From the NCBI GenBank assembly GCA_038087875.1, contig CM075992.1, forward strand, positions 3,288,001 to 3,352,000: a stretch of DNA of 64,000 nucleotides, read 5' to 3'. The notes beneath the pieces were generated by a model. That model saw only the letters and a list, made by a program, of their open reading frames with translations. It was not told where the DNA came from and did not search any database. This document shows, in pieces, positions 1-35,800 of the stretch (within the stretch, counting starts at the first letter, position 1; each line of letters starts with the position of its first letter). This DNA is from Malacoraja senta (Eukaryota). A program made the position numbers and the translations under genes.

Positions 1-313
1 TGCCTCCCTGAGTTTGTACGTTCTCCCCGTGACCTGCGTGGGTTTTCTCCGGGTGCTCCGGCTTCCTCCCAGACCCCAAAGACGTACAGGTTTGTAGGAT
101 AATTGGCTTTGGTGTAAGTGTAAAATGTCCCCAGTGTGTTAATGTGCGGGGATCGCTGGGAGGTGCGGACTGGGTGGGCCGAAGGGCCTGTTTCTGTGCT
201 GTATCTCTAAACAAAACTCTGTGGATTGCCCCGATCTTGGTGTAAACTTTGCAGGGAACAATCTTGCAGCCAGCGAGCTGCTTTCCCCAAGCACAACAAT
301 GCTCGGACCTCAC

Positions 314-23487
<23,174 letters not shown>

Positions 23488-23495
23488 GGTCCAGA

Positions 23496-23524
23496 GTCAT
23501 GTGACCCGCGGCCCCCCACGTGAC
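23496..23524. promoter_or_regulatory. Two CLEAR/M-box E-boxes (TFEB/TFE3/MITF-type) at the MAN2B1 start
   Basis: GTCATGTGAC at 23496-23505 and CACGTGAC at 23517-23524, within 40 nt upstream of the ATG of a lysosomal hydrolase gene. Confidence 0.7.
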
Positions 23525-26500
23525 CCGGGGAGTTTGCTACATTGCCGATCAGCTGCTACATTGGGGCTCCGCCTCTCCCCGCCGTAACAAACAAGTGGGC
23601 GTCACAAAGCGAGAACACCACCTTCATTTGTATAGCGCCTTCTTGCACCCCAGCCCACTGACCCCCCCCCCCCCCCACACACACACACACAGTGGCCACA
23701 CAGAAGGAACTGCAGATGCTGCTTCACACACCGAAGATAGAACTTTATTTACCCCAGGAGGGAAATTGAACTCTCAAATAAAGAGGGAGTTAGATTTCCC
23801 CCTTGGGGTTAACGGAATCAAGGGATATGGGGGAGGAAGCAGGAACTGGGTACTGATTTTGGATGGTCAGCCATGATCACATTGAATGGCGGTGCTGGGT
23901 CGAATGGCAACGTTAGTACCTCCACCAATGTAAAACACTTTGGTCAACGAGAGTTTAAAAAAAAAAAGTACTGTAGAAATTAAAAGTGACTTGAAGTGAC
24001 TTGACCCATTGTCTATGTTTCTATCAGATCGTAGACGGCCACAAAATGCTGGAGTGACTCAGCGGGACAGGCAGCATCTCTGGAGAGAAGGAATGGGTGA
24101 CGTTTCGGGTTCAGACCAAAGATACTAGAGGAGCCTTTGGTTCAAACTGTATGAAGCCGGGATTAGACCTGAAACGTTACCCATTCCTTCTCTCCAGTGA
24201 TGCTGCCTGTCCCGCTGAGTACTCCAGCATTCTGTGTCTATATCAGTGGCTACACACTGGTGGCAATAAAGTATCAAAGAACCATTAAAACATTGTGGCA
24301 ACGCCAGGAAACCTACAAGCTCCCCTCACACACTTTTTTTTCTTTAACAAGAAGCTTTTTAATTCAATTGATCACAAATGGGGCGCAGCGGTAAAGTTGC
24401 TGCCTCACAGCGCCAGAGCCCCGGGTTCAATCCTGTCTCACAACAACACTGTCTGTACGGAGTCTGTACGTTCCCCCTGTGACTGGGTGGGTTTTCTCCG
24501 GGTACTCCTGTTAACTCACACACTCAAGATGTGCGGGTTGTAGGTTACCCTCCCCCCCCCCCCATAGAAACATAGAAAATAGGTACACGAGTAGGCCATT
24601 CGGCCCTTCAAGCCTGCACCACCATTCAATATGATCATGGCTGATCATCCAACTCAGTATCCTGTACCTGCCTTCTCTCCATACCCCCTGATCCCTTTAG
24701 CCACAAGGGCCACATCTAACTCCCTCTTAAATATAGCCAATGAACTGGCCTCAACTACCTTCTACGGCAGATTCACCACTCTCTGTGTGAAATTTTTCTC
24801 ATCTCGGTCCTAAAAGACTCCCCCCTTATCCTTAAACTGTGACCCATTGTTCTGGACTTTCCCAACATCGGGAATAATCTTCCTGCATCTAGCCTGTCCA
24901 ACCCCTTAAGAATCAGTCTGAAGAAGGGTTTCAGCCCGAAACGTTGCTTATTTCCTTCGCTCCATAGATGCTGCCTTGTCTACCTTCGATTTTCCAGCAG
25001 CTGCAGTTCCTTCTTAAACAACGGATTGTAGCTTAATTGGCTTCTTATAAATTATCCCTAGTGTGTAGGATAGAACTAGTGTATGGGGCGATTAATGGGC
25101 AGCGTGGACCGAAGGGCCTGTTTCCGCACTGTATCTCTTACAAACTAGAGGTGCAGTGCAGAAACGGGCCCTTCGGCCCGAGTCTGCACCGACCAGTGAT
25201 CCCCAAACATTAACACTAGCCTGCACACACTAGGGACAATTTACATTTAAACCAAGTCAATTGACCTACAAATCTGTACGTCTTTGGAGTGAGAGAGGAA
25301 ACCGGAGCACCCGGGTCACGGAGAATGTACAAACTCTGTACAGACAGCACCCGCAGTCAGGATCGAACCAGAACCAGGGGCCACAGTTCCAGAACCAGGG
25401 GCCAGTTTAAGAATAAGGAGTAAGCCATTTAGAACGGAGACGAGGAAACACTTTTTCTCGCAGAGAGTGGTGAATCTGTGGAATTTTCTGCCTCAGAGGG
25501 CGGTGGAGGCCGGTTCTCTGGATGCTTTCAAGAGAGCTAGATAGGGCTCCTAAAAATAGTGGAATCAGGGGATATGGGGAGAAGGCAGGAACGGGATACT
25601 GATTGGGGATGATCAGCCATGATCACATTGAATGGCAGTGCTGGCTCAAAGGGCCGATTGGCCTACTCCTGCACCTATTGGCTTTGAACCCTTACCTTTG
25701 GAGCAGTGAGGCAGCAATTCTACCGCCGTGCCGCCCAAGCTAGGGGAAGACAATAGCCAAGATTCAATATCCCAAAGATGCCACTACAAAATCTCTTGCT
25801 AAGCGACTAGAGAACCCCCCCCCCCACCCCTGCAGACAGGCCAAAGCAAACAAATAAGCCCACTGTATTGGCAAAAAGAAAGTTTATTAAAACACACTTT
25901 TTTGCATGCTGGTCATCACTACAATAGTACAGTATCTCGAGCATCAACTTACCCCTACAATCCCCAGGCCCCAGAAAGTTTGTCAAAATTACATGCATTG
26001 GGGTAAATTTAAATTTAATTTGTACATCGCACAGACCCAGTGTCACAACTTCCATTTTAAAAACTAATGCTCAGACGGTTTTTCATTATAAAACATTGCA
26101 ATAAATTACTTCATGCCACTCGAAAGAAAAGCTTTGATGGGAATCATATAGTAAAAACAACGAGAATCTCATCTACATTTAGCAGCAAGGCAAGGGGATA
26201 CAGTCAGCGGAGGGAGGAACTGCAGATGCTGGTTTGAACCGAAGATGGACACTAAAAGCTGGAGTAACTCAGCGGGACAGGCAGCATCTCTGGAGAGAAG
26301 GAATGGGTGATGTTTCAGTCGAGACTCTTCTTCAGACTGAGTCATGGGAAAGGAAAACTAGAGATGTAGATGGTGATAGAGATATCGATCAAATGAATGA
26401 AAGATATGCAAAAAAAGGATAAGGGAAACATATATTTAATTCATTGTTCTTTATCTCTCTACATTATCATGTATCGTCCATTTCCCTAATCCCTAACCAG

Positions 26501-26682
26501 TCTGAAGAAGGGTCTCGACCCAAAACGTCACCCATTCCTTCTCTCCAGAGATGCTGCCTGCCCTGCTGAGTAACTCCAGCATTTTGTGTCTATCTTCAGA
26601 CACTGTTTCGCAATGGACATGTTTTGCTTCATCTGTGTCCCGGCTGGTGTACGAGACTGTCGCAGCAGCGGCAATGGGGCAA

Positions 26683-26848
26683 TTAAAACTGTGATTGCAA
26701 GGGCCCAATGTACAAAGAATCATCAGACTCGTTCATAAACAAAGCCGCGCTCATCCAGCCCGAGTCGTTCCTCGTTTGAGTGGAGGATTCTCGCTGACAG
26801 GTTGGGCTGTAGGATCTTCTCAGGCGCGCAGTCGGTGCGATTCTGAAG
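26683..26848 (-). CDS. SSX2IP-like: SSX2IP-like terminal coding exon
   Basis: Strong polypyrimidine acceptor cttcccccag, phase-compatible, ends at TAA; minus-strand AATAAA at 25883-25888. Confidence 0.62.
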
Positions 26849-29800
26849 CTGGGGGAAGTGCAAGGAGTCAAAGGATCAGAGGAAGACGCAATGAAACACC
26901 CAAGGCACACATGGAGGCACGTTGATCGGACATGCTGTGCTTCTGCTGCAGTCAAAACATGCAGCATTCCAGATTAAACCAGGGAAGTGCTATCGCAAGG
27001 ATGCTGCAGGTCAAGGAGACTCGGTCAGACAAAGTAAACACAGTGAGGGAGGATGGTTATGTTTAACGGTTTTCCCTGCCTGTACATCAGGTTCAAGGTT
27101 AGCACATTGAAGCGGCAGCTACACATATTGAGGAGTGTGATTTAAGGCGGCACAGCGGTAGAGTTCCTGCGGCCTGTCCCACTTTCACGACCTCTGCCGA
27201 GTTTGCCCTTGACTCATACTCACAGCATGGTCGTCACGAGGTCGTAGGTAGGCTGTGATGCTAGTCGTAGGTACTCGTGGCATCAAGCACGTCGGGGCGT
27301 TTTTTCTAGCCGGATGAAAAATGTCCACGAGTAAAAAAAGGTCGTGAATTAGGTCGTGAAAGTGGGACAGGCCATACAACAGCGCCAGAGACCTGGGTTT
27401 GATCTTGACTGTCTGTACGGAGTTTGCACGTTCTCCCCATAACCACATTGGGTTTTTTCCCGGGTGCTCTGGTTTCCTCCCACACTGCTAAAACGTACAG
27501 GTTTATTGGTTTACCAGTCTGAAGAAGGGTCTCGACCTGAAACGTCACCCGTTCCTTCTCTCCAGAGATGCTGCCTGTCCCGCTGAGTTACTCTAGCTTT
27601 TCATGTCTATCTCAGGTTTGTTGGTTAATTAGCTTCAGTAGTCAATGCCTTCTATGTTCTGTTGTGCTGAAGCAAAGCAAGAATTTCATTGTCCTATCAG
27701 GGACACATGACAATAAACTCACTTGAACTTGAACTAAATTGTCCTGAGTGTGTAGGATTGAACTAGTGTACAGGTGATGGCTGGTCAGTGCGAACCCGGT
27801 GGGCCCAAGGGCCCATTTCCACACTACGTCCAAAGGTCTTAACTTAGCGGGTCAGGCAGCATCTCAGGAGAACTTGGATGGACAACATTTCAGGTCTGGA
27901 CTCTTCTTCAGAAGGATTGGCGATGAGCTGAATGAATGGTGAGCAGCAGGTTGGATGGAAGAAGTGAAGAAAGGATAAGGTTGTTGAGCCACTGAAGGGT
28001 CAGACACACTCACCTTCGCTCCGGAATCACCCCCAAGGAATGGCACAACTCGTGGGAGGCGGGCAGGGAATACCTCCGCGAGCTGGCACCCCTTGGTTGG
28101 GCACCCTTGGGTGGTGGGCTTAGGGTGCCCAGAGGCCGGTGTGAATGAATGGTCCACCTGCCCATCCTGTGGCCAGCTAGAAGCGCAGATGGGCTTTCCT
28201 GATCTGGACCTAGAAATGTAAAGCATAAGTTCATAAGGAATAAGAGTAGAATTAGGCCATTCGGCCCATCAGGTCTACTCCGCCATACAATCATGGCTGA
28301 TCTATCTCTCCCTCCTGACCCCATTCTCCTGCCTTCTCCCGATATGTTCCCGATGTTGGGGGAATCCAGAACCAGGGGCCACAGTTTAAGAATAAGGAGT
28401 AAGCCATTTAGAACGGAGACGAGGAAACACTTTTTCTCACAGAGAGTGGTGAGTCTGTGGAATTCTCTGCCTCAGAGGCAGGTTCTCTGGATGCTTTCAA
28501 GAGAGAGCTAGATAGGGCTCTTAAAGATAGCGGAGTCAGTAGATATGGAGAGAAGGCAGGAACGGGGTACTGATTGGGGATGATCAGCCATGATCACATT
28601 GAATGGCGGTGCTGGCTCGAAGGGCCAAATGGCCTACTCCTGCACCTAATAGTCTATTGTCCCCATAACCTCTGACACCCGTACTAATCAAGAATCTATC
28701 TATCTGCCTTAAAAATATCCTCTGACGTGGCCTCCACAGCCTTCTGAGGCAAAGAATTCCACAGATTCACCACAAAGAGATTTCTCTTCATCTCCTCCCT
28801 AAAAGAATGGCCTTTAATTCTGAGGCTGTGACTTTAGTCCAAGACTCTGCCACTAGTGGAAACATCCTCTCCACATCCACTCTATCCAACTTTAGTTTAG
28901 CAATAGACCCTTCGGTCCACCGAGTCCGCGCTGACCAGCGATCCCCACACTCTTGGATAGGATACACAGGGCTTGGATGGAGTGGATGTGGAGAGTATAT
29001 CTTTGGGGTGTGGGAGGAAACCGAAGATCTCGGAGCAAAATAAGATCATTGAACCATTCATTCAATTCATTGGAGAAATCTAGGATTGAACCCGGCTCCC
29101 TGACGCTGTAAGGCAGCATCACTGACTCTGTGCCAGTGTGTGTTAATGAGAAGTAGGAAAGAACTGCAGAAGCTGGTTTAAATCAAAGGTGGACACAAAA
29201 TGCTGGAGTAACTCAGCAGGACAGGCAGCGTCTCTGGAGAGAAGGAATGGGTGACGTTTCAGGTCAAGACCCTTCTTCAGACCGAGTCTCGACCCGAAAC
29301 GTCACCCATTCCTTCTCTCCAGAGACGCTGCCTGCCCCGCTGAGTTACTCCAGCATTTTGCGTCTACCTTTGTGTTAATGAGAAATCCCACACAGAGCTA
29401 AGATCAAGCAAGGAAGTTTAAAAATAAGTATGCTGGAAATATAGAATTACTGGCAAAACCCAGGGTGGCATAGCAGTAGAGTTGCTGCCTCACAGCGCCA
29501 AAGACCCGGGTTCAATCCTGACCTCGGGTGCTGTCTGTACGGAGTTGGCACGTTCTACCCGCAAGTTTTCTCCCAGACTCCAAAAATGTGCAAGTTCGAA
29601 GGTTAATTGATGTCTGTAAATGGTAAACTGTCCCCAGTGTGTAGGAGGGAACTAGTGTACAGGTGGGCGTGGACCTGGTGTGCCAAAGGGCCAGTTTCCG
29701 CCGACACTGTATCTCGATGACACACAGACAGTTACTCACTAGCCATAGTACAAGCAGTGCGCAGCCTCAGTCTAGGTGTTGCTCTGCGCTCGCGAAACGG

Positions 29801-32800
29801 CGTCAGGTTAAAGAACTGCTCCTTTCTGAGTTGTGCGCGTTCCTCTTCAAACAAGTTTCTCTAAAGAAATAACACAAGTGGTTAGAGTGGCTGGTTTGGG
29901 TGGGAGGGAGGGGGGGGTGGGGAAGCGGGTGGAACTGGGCTTGAATTTCTGCAGCATCTCAATGGAATCAAAACTTCTGCTCAGTTTAGTTTATTGTCAC
30001 GTGTACCGAGGAACAGCGAAAAACTTTTTGTTGCGTGCTAACCAGTCAGCGGAAATACAATATATGGTTACAATCGAGCCATTTACAGTGTATAGATACA
30101 TGATAAGGCAATGACGTTTAGTGCAAGGTAAAGCTAGCAAAGTCCAATCAAGGATAGCCCGAGGGTCACCAATGAGGTAGATAGTAGTTCAGGACTGCTC
30201 TCTGGTTGTGGAAGGATGGTTCAGTTGCCTGATAACAGCTGGGAGGAAACTGTCCCTGAATCTGGAGGTGTGCGTTTTCCCACTTCTGTACCTTTTGCCC
30301 GATGGGAGAGGGGTGAAAAGGGAGTGGCCGGGGTGCGACTGGTCCTAGATTATGCTGCTGGCCTTGCCGAGGCAGGGCACTGGCGGGGCCTGGGGAGAGG
30401 TCTACAGCTCACCTCCCGACCCAGGCGAATAGCTGCCTCCGTGAATGATTCCCTCTCCGTCTTAAAGTTGGCTCTCTGCTCCTCAAACAGCTGCCGCTCC
30501 TTGTTGAACCATTCCATTTCCTCCAGCAAGTCGGGACCCTGGGCCAGATCTTCCTTCTCAATAGCCAGCTGGTCCTGGAGCAAGAAAACCACGTTGATGA
30601 AAAAAAAGTTTACAATTTTTTATTTTTTTTTAATTTAAGATTAAAATGTTTAGATCTGGCACTAATCCCAAATTTTGGAGATTTCAAATTTGTAGCTTAA
30701 TTTGCCTCTTAAAAAAAGTGTAGTGAGCGGATCAGAAAGTGGGATAACATTGAACTACTGTGAACGGGTGATCGATGGTCGGCATGGATTTGGTGGGCCG
30801 AAGGGCCTGTTTCCTTCTGTACCTTTTGCCCGATGGGAGAGGGGTGAAAAGGGAGTGGCCGGGGTGCTAAACTTAGTTTAGTTTATAAACTAAACCAGAA
30901 GTATCCATCCAAGGAGGGAAGTATTGGACATTCAAGCAGCTGGAGAAGATCATGCATTCGAAGGGAAGAGACAGAGTGCTGGAGTAACTCAGCGGGTCAG
31001 GCAGCATCTGTGGAGAACATGGATAGGTGACGTTTCACAGAGTGCTGGAGTAACTCAGCGGGTCAGGCAGCATCTGTGGAGCGAAGGAAATGGGCAACCT
31101 TCCGGGCCGAAACCCTGAAGGAAATAGGCAACGTTTCGGGCCGAAACCCGGAAGGGTTTCGGGCCGAAACGTTGCCTATTTCCTTCGCTCCATAGATGCT
31201 GCCGGAACATGGATAGGTGACGTTTCACAGAGTGCTGGAGCAACTCAGCGGGTCAGGCAGCATCTCTGGAGAACATGGATAGGTGACGTTTCACAGAGTG
31301 CTGGAGACTGATTGCGGGGATGGGGGGGGGGGGGGGGGAGCTGGAAGAGATCATACATTCCCCGCTCACTCGTTCAAAGGGGAACCATGACCTTCACCCA
31401 AGCTCCTCCCTCTCAACTGGAACTTGGAGCAAGATCAGTGCCAACTGTGTAGGAAGGAACTGCAGACGCTGGTTTACACCGAAGATAGACACAAAATCAT
31501 AAAGTGCTGGAGTAAACTCAGCGGGTCAAGCAGCATCTCTGGAGAGAAGGAATGGGAAAAACTCCACACAGGCAAGTCAAATCAAGAGAGTTTTATTGTC
31601 ATGTGTCCCAGATAGGACAATGAAATTCTTGCTTGCTGCAGCACAGAGTATTGTAGGCATAAATACAGATCAGTTCAGTGTGTCCATATACCATAGAATA
31701 TATATATACACACATAAATATACAGATAAAGTGCAATAGGCTGTTATCCTGGCAGCAGCCGAAGCCAGGATTGAACCTGGGTCTCCAGTGAAGAGAGGAT
31801 GCAGGACTGCTCCAAGCTGGTGGCAGCGATGCCTCTGTCCCCACTTTCTTAGATGGGGGGGGGTAGTTTCTGGGTTGGGAGGTGCAGGTGAAGCAGGCTG
31901 TTATATTTCGGTGATGGTTCCCCCTGCAGCCACTGTATGTCAGTGGTGGAGAGGGTGACCATCTAGTCTGCAGTAGGTTTAGTTTAAAGATACAGCATGG
32001 AAACAGGCCCTTCCGTCAACCGAGTCCACACCGACCAGCGATCACCCGGTACAGTAGCACTATCCTACACACACTAGGGACAATTTATAATTTTACAGAA
32101 GCCAAATAACCCCATCAAACTTGTATGTCTAGATACTTGTGACAAGTAACATTGAACCATTGAGATACAAGATTGAAGCTCGCTAAACACAACTTGGGCA
32201 GTGGGTTGTTCTCTAGTCATCATTAGTTCACTTTAGTTTAGAGATACAGCGAGGAAACAGGCCCTTCAGCCCACCGAGTCCGTGCTGACCAGCAATAGGT
32301 GGCCGATTTAAAGGTCCGGGCCGCTGAGGATGTTCTCCCGTTTGCCGTCGAAGTTCCATCATTCCCAGCGAGAGGGCCTGAACATCGGGCCACCCGTAGC
32401 GGTGACTGTGGGGGGCTCGGGAGGCCCAGACCACGGGTGAACATCTGGGAAGATCAGCGAGGAGTTTGACTGGACTTTGGTTCCTTCCCTCACAGTGGGG
32501 AACTTTGGGGATGTGGTGTCGTGGACTTCTGTGTTTTGTGCTTTTTAAAACATTTTTATGACTGTCAGGAAAATCCATTTCATTGTCTCTTATGAGATAA
32601 CGACAATAAATTGAATCCAACCCAATCCAATCCCCACACGTTAACACTATCCTACACACACTGGGGACAGTTTTACCGAGCCAAATAACCTACACGTCTT
32701 TGGAGTGTGGGAGGAAACCGGAGCACCTGGATGAAACCCACACGGTCACAGGGAGAATGCACAAACTCCGTACAGGCAGCACCCGTAGTCAGGATGGAAC

Positions 32801-35800
32801 CCCAGGTCTCTGGCGCTGTGAGGCAGCAACTCTACCGCTGCACCACCGGGACTGAAAGCGGGGGTGAGCGCAGGTGGGAATGAGCTGGCATGGGCACGAC
32901 GGGCTGAATGGCCTCCTCCTCCTCCTCTGCCGTGGCGGTGTGGGGCCAGGATTGTCTGGAGCTGGGGCTGGGGCTGGTACCTGGAGGACTTGCTGCTGCT
33001 CCCGGATGATCTGCTTGCTCTGCTCCAGCTCCAGCTTCAGCTTGGCCATCTCCTTGTCGTGGTCGGTGACGCTGACCGCGTGCCCGTCCTCCCTGCCGGC
33101 CGGCGACTTGCGGACACCTGAGGGGAGAAGTGGCCGAGTGGAGATTTGAGCTCAAGTGAAGGACTGGCTCCATGACCACTGTCAGGGGGACAAGATCTTA
33201 ACCACATTCCCACCATGCAGTGAAGCAACACTTGACCAAGTCTGCAGAAGGGTCACCACCCAAGATGTCACCCATTCCTTCTCCCCAGAGATGCTGCCTG
33301 TCCTGCTGAGTTACTCCAGTATTTTGTGTCTCACCTTCGATTTAAACCAGCATCTGCAGCTATTTCCTACACAATTGAAATGTTCATAAGGTCATGTGCT
33401 AGGAGCAGAATTAGGCCATTCGGCCCATCAAGTCTACTCCACCATTCAATCATGGCTGATCTATCTCTCCCTCCTAACCCCATTCCCCTGCCTTCTCCCC
33501 ATAACCCCGTACACCCGTACTAAACAAGAATCTATCCATCTCCGCCTTATAAATATCCATTGTCGTGGCCACAGATTCACCACCCTCTGGCTGAAGAAAT
33601 TCCTTCTCATCTTCCTGAAGGACCGTCCTTTAATTCTGAGGCTATGACCTCTAGTCCTGGACTCTCCCACTAGTGGAAACATCCTCTCTATCCAAGCCTT
33701 TCACTACGTTGTCTCGTGATCAAGGGGAAAGGAGACTTGCTGTTTGTGCATCTGGGCAGCACAGCGGTAGAGTTGCTGCCTCACAGCACCGGAGACCCGG
33801 GTTCCATCCTGACCACGGGTGCTGTCTGGACGGAGTTTGTACGTTCTCCCCGTGACCTGCGTGGGTTTTCTCCGGGTGCTCAGTTTTCCCCCCCACGCTC
33901 CACTGACGTACAGGTTTGTAAGTTAATTAGCTTCAGTGTAAATGTAAATTGCCCCTAGTGTGTGTAGGATAATGTTAGTGTATGGGGTGATAGCTGGTTG
34001 GCACGGACTCGGTGGGCCGAAGGGCCTGTTTCCGCGCTGTATCTCAAAATAATTCCCAGACAGGCTAATTTAATGAGATAAGGCGCACTCTCTTTACCAG
34101 CCATTTCCAGTTTTTGTAAATGATCCTTTAACGAGGTCCACTGCGTCAGAAAGCCGTCAGTAAGGTGCTTCCGGTCCGTATCATGCGATTCATCGAGGGG
34201 GACCTCTTCCTCCTGTTTCATGAAGGCAAAACTTTACTGAAGGCAAGTTTGTTCAATAAGTTACCTCGTACAAAACACAAAGTGCTGGAGGAACTCAGCG
34301 GGTCTGGGAGCATCTCTGGAGGACATGGAGATGTGACGTTTTGGATCGGGACCCTTCTTTAGTTTAGTTTAGAGATACAGCATGGAAACAGGCCCTTCGG
34401 CCCACCGGGTCCATGCCGACCAGCGATCCCTGCACACTAACAATTTTCACATTTACCAAAGCCAATTAACCTACAAACCTGTACGTCTTTGGAATGTGGG
34501 AGGAAACAGGTCACGGGGAGAACGTACAAACTCCGTACAGACAGCACCCATAGTTAGGTGGTCGCCGGTCGGCATGGACTCAGTGGGCCGAAGGGCCTGT
34601 TTCCGCACTGTATCTCTAAACTAAACTATGCTTTGTCCTGCCTCTCTTCTCTTCACCAGCTTTCATTCCCCCTCTTCCCTAGAATCAGTCTGATGAATCA
34701 TCAAACATCAATGTTCCCTGGGAGATGCTGCCTGAACCGCTGAGTTATTCCAGCACTTTGACTTCTTTAGGATACCAGAGGAATCAGTTAATAGCAATAA
34801 CAGCATCGTTTGTTATTTCCAAGTTGGTTTCACTGTAGAACGCGCGCACACCCACACTCACACTCACCACCAACGACTGAAGTGAACCTTGTCGGCGTAG
34901 TTTCTCCTGAGAACTGGGAAATTCGCTCATCTCCCCCTTCACGCGGTTGAGAGCTCTCTTCAACTCTGCATTGTCCAGGGCCAGCTCCTTGAGTTGCGTC
35001 TCGTAGTTACCGGTGAGAACTTTGTACATCTCTCCTTCCCTCCTGTGGCCACAGAGGAGAGAGTTGAAGGAGAGCACAGCGTGGTTCTTGACATGACCGA
35101 CCATCTCGCCTCTGCTGCTTCCAACCCCGCCAGACCCGTGCCCAAAGAGAAAGACCAGCCACCATAATCCACATCGCTCAGAATTTTTATAGACCTCTTT
35201 TATAGGGTGGCACAGTCACTGCCTCACAGCGCCAGAAACCCGGGTTCCATCCTGACTACCAGTGTTGTCTGTATGGAGGTTGTGCGTTCTCCCTGTGACC
35301 GCGTGGGTTTTCCCCGGGCGCTCCGGTTTCCTCCCACACTCCAAAGACGTGCAAGTTCTAGCTTAATAGGCTTCAGTAAAATTGTGAACTGTATCTAGTG
35401 TGTTGGATAGTGTTAGTGTGTGGGGTGATCGCTGGTTGGCGTGGGCTCGGTGGGCCGAAGGGCCTGTTTTGGCGCTGTATCACTAAACTAAACCAAAACT
35501 GAGGGGGGGGAAGGAGGGGGAGGGGGGCCCGAGGGGGAAGAGGGGGGGCTCGAGGGGGAACTCGAGGGGGAAGAGGGGGGGCTCGAGGGGGAAGAGGGGG
35601 GGCTCGAGGGGGAAGAGGGGGGGCTCGAGGGGGAAGAGGGGGGGCTCGAGGGGGAAGAGGGGGGGTTCGAGGGGGAACTCGAGGGGGAAGAGGGGCTCGA
35701 GGGGGAAGAGGAGGGGCTCGAGGGGGAAGAGGGGGGGCTCGAGGGGGGAGAGGGGGGGCTCGAGGGGGAAGAGGGGGGGCTCGAGGGGGAAGAGGGGGGG

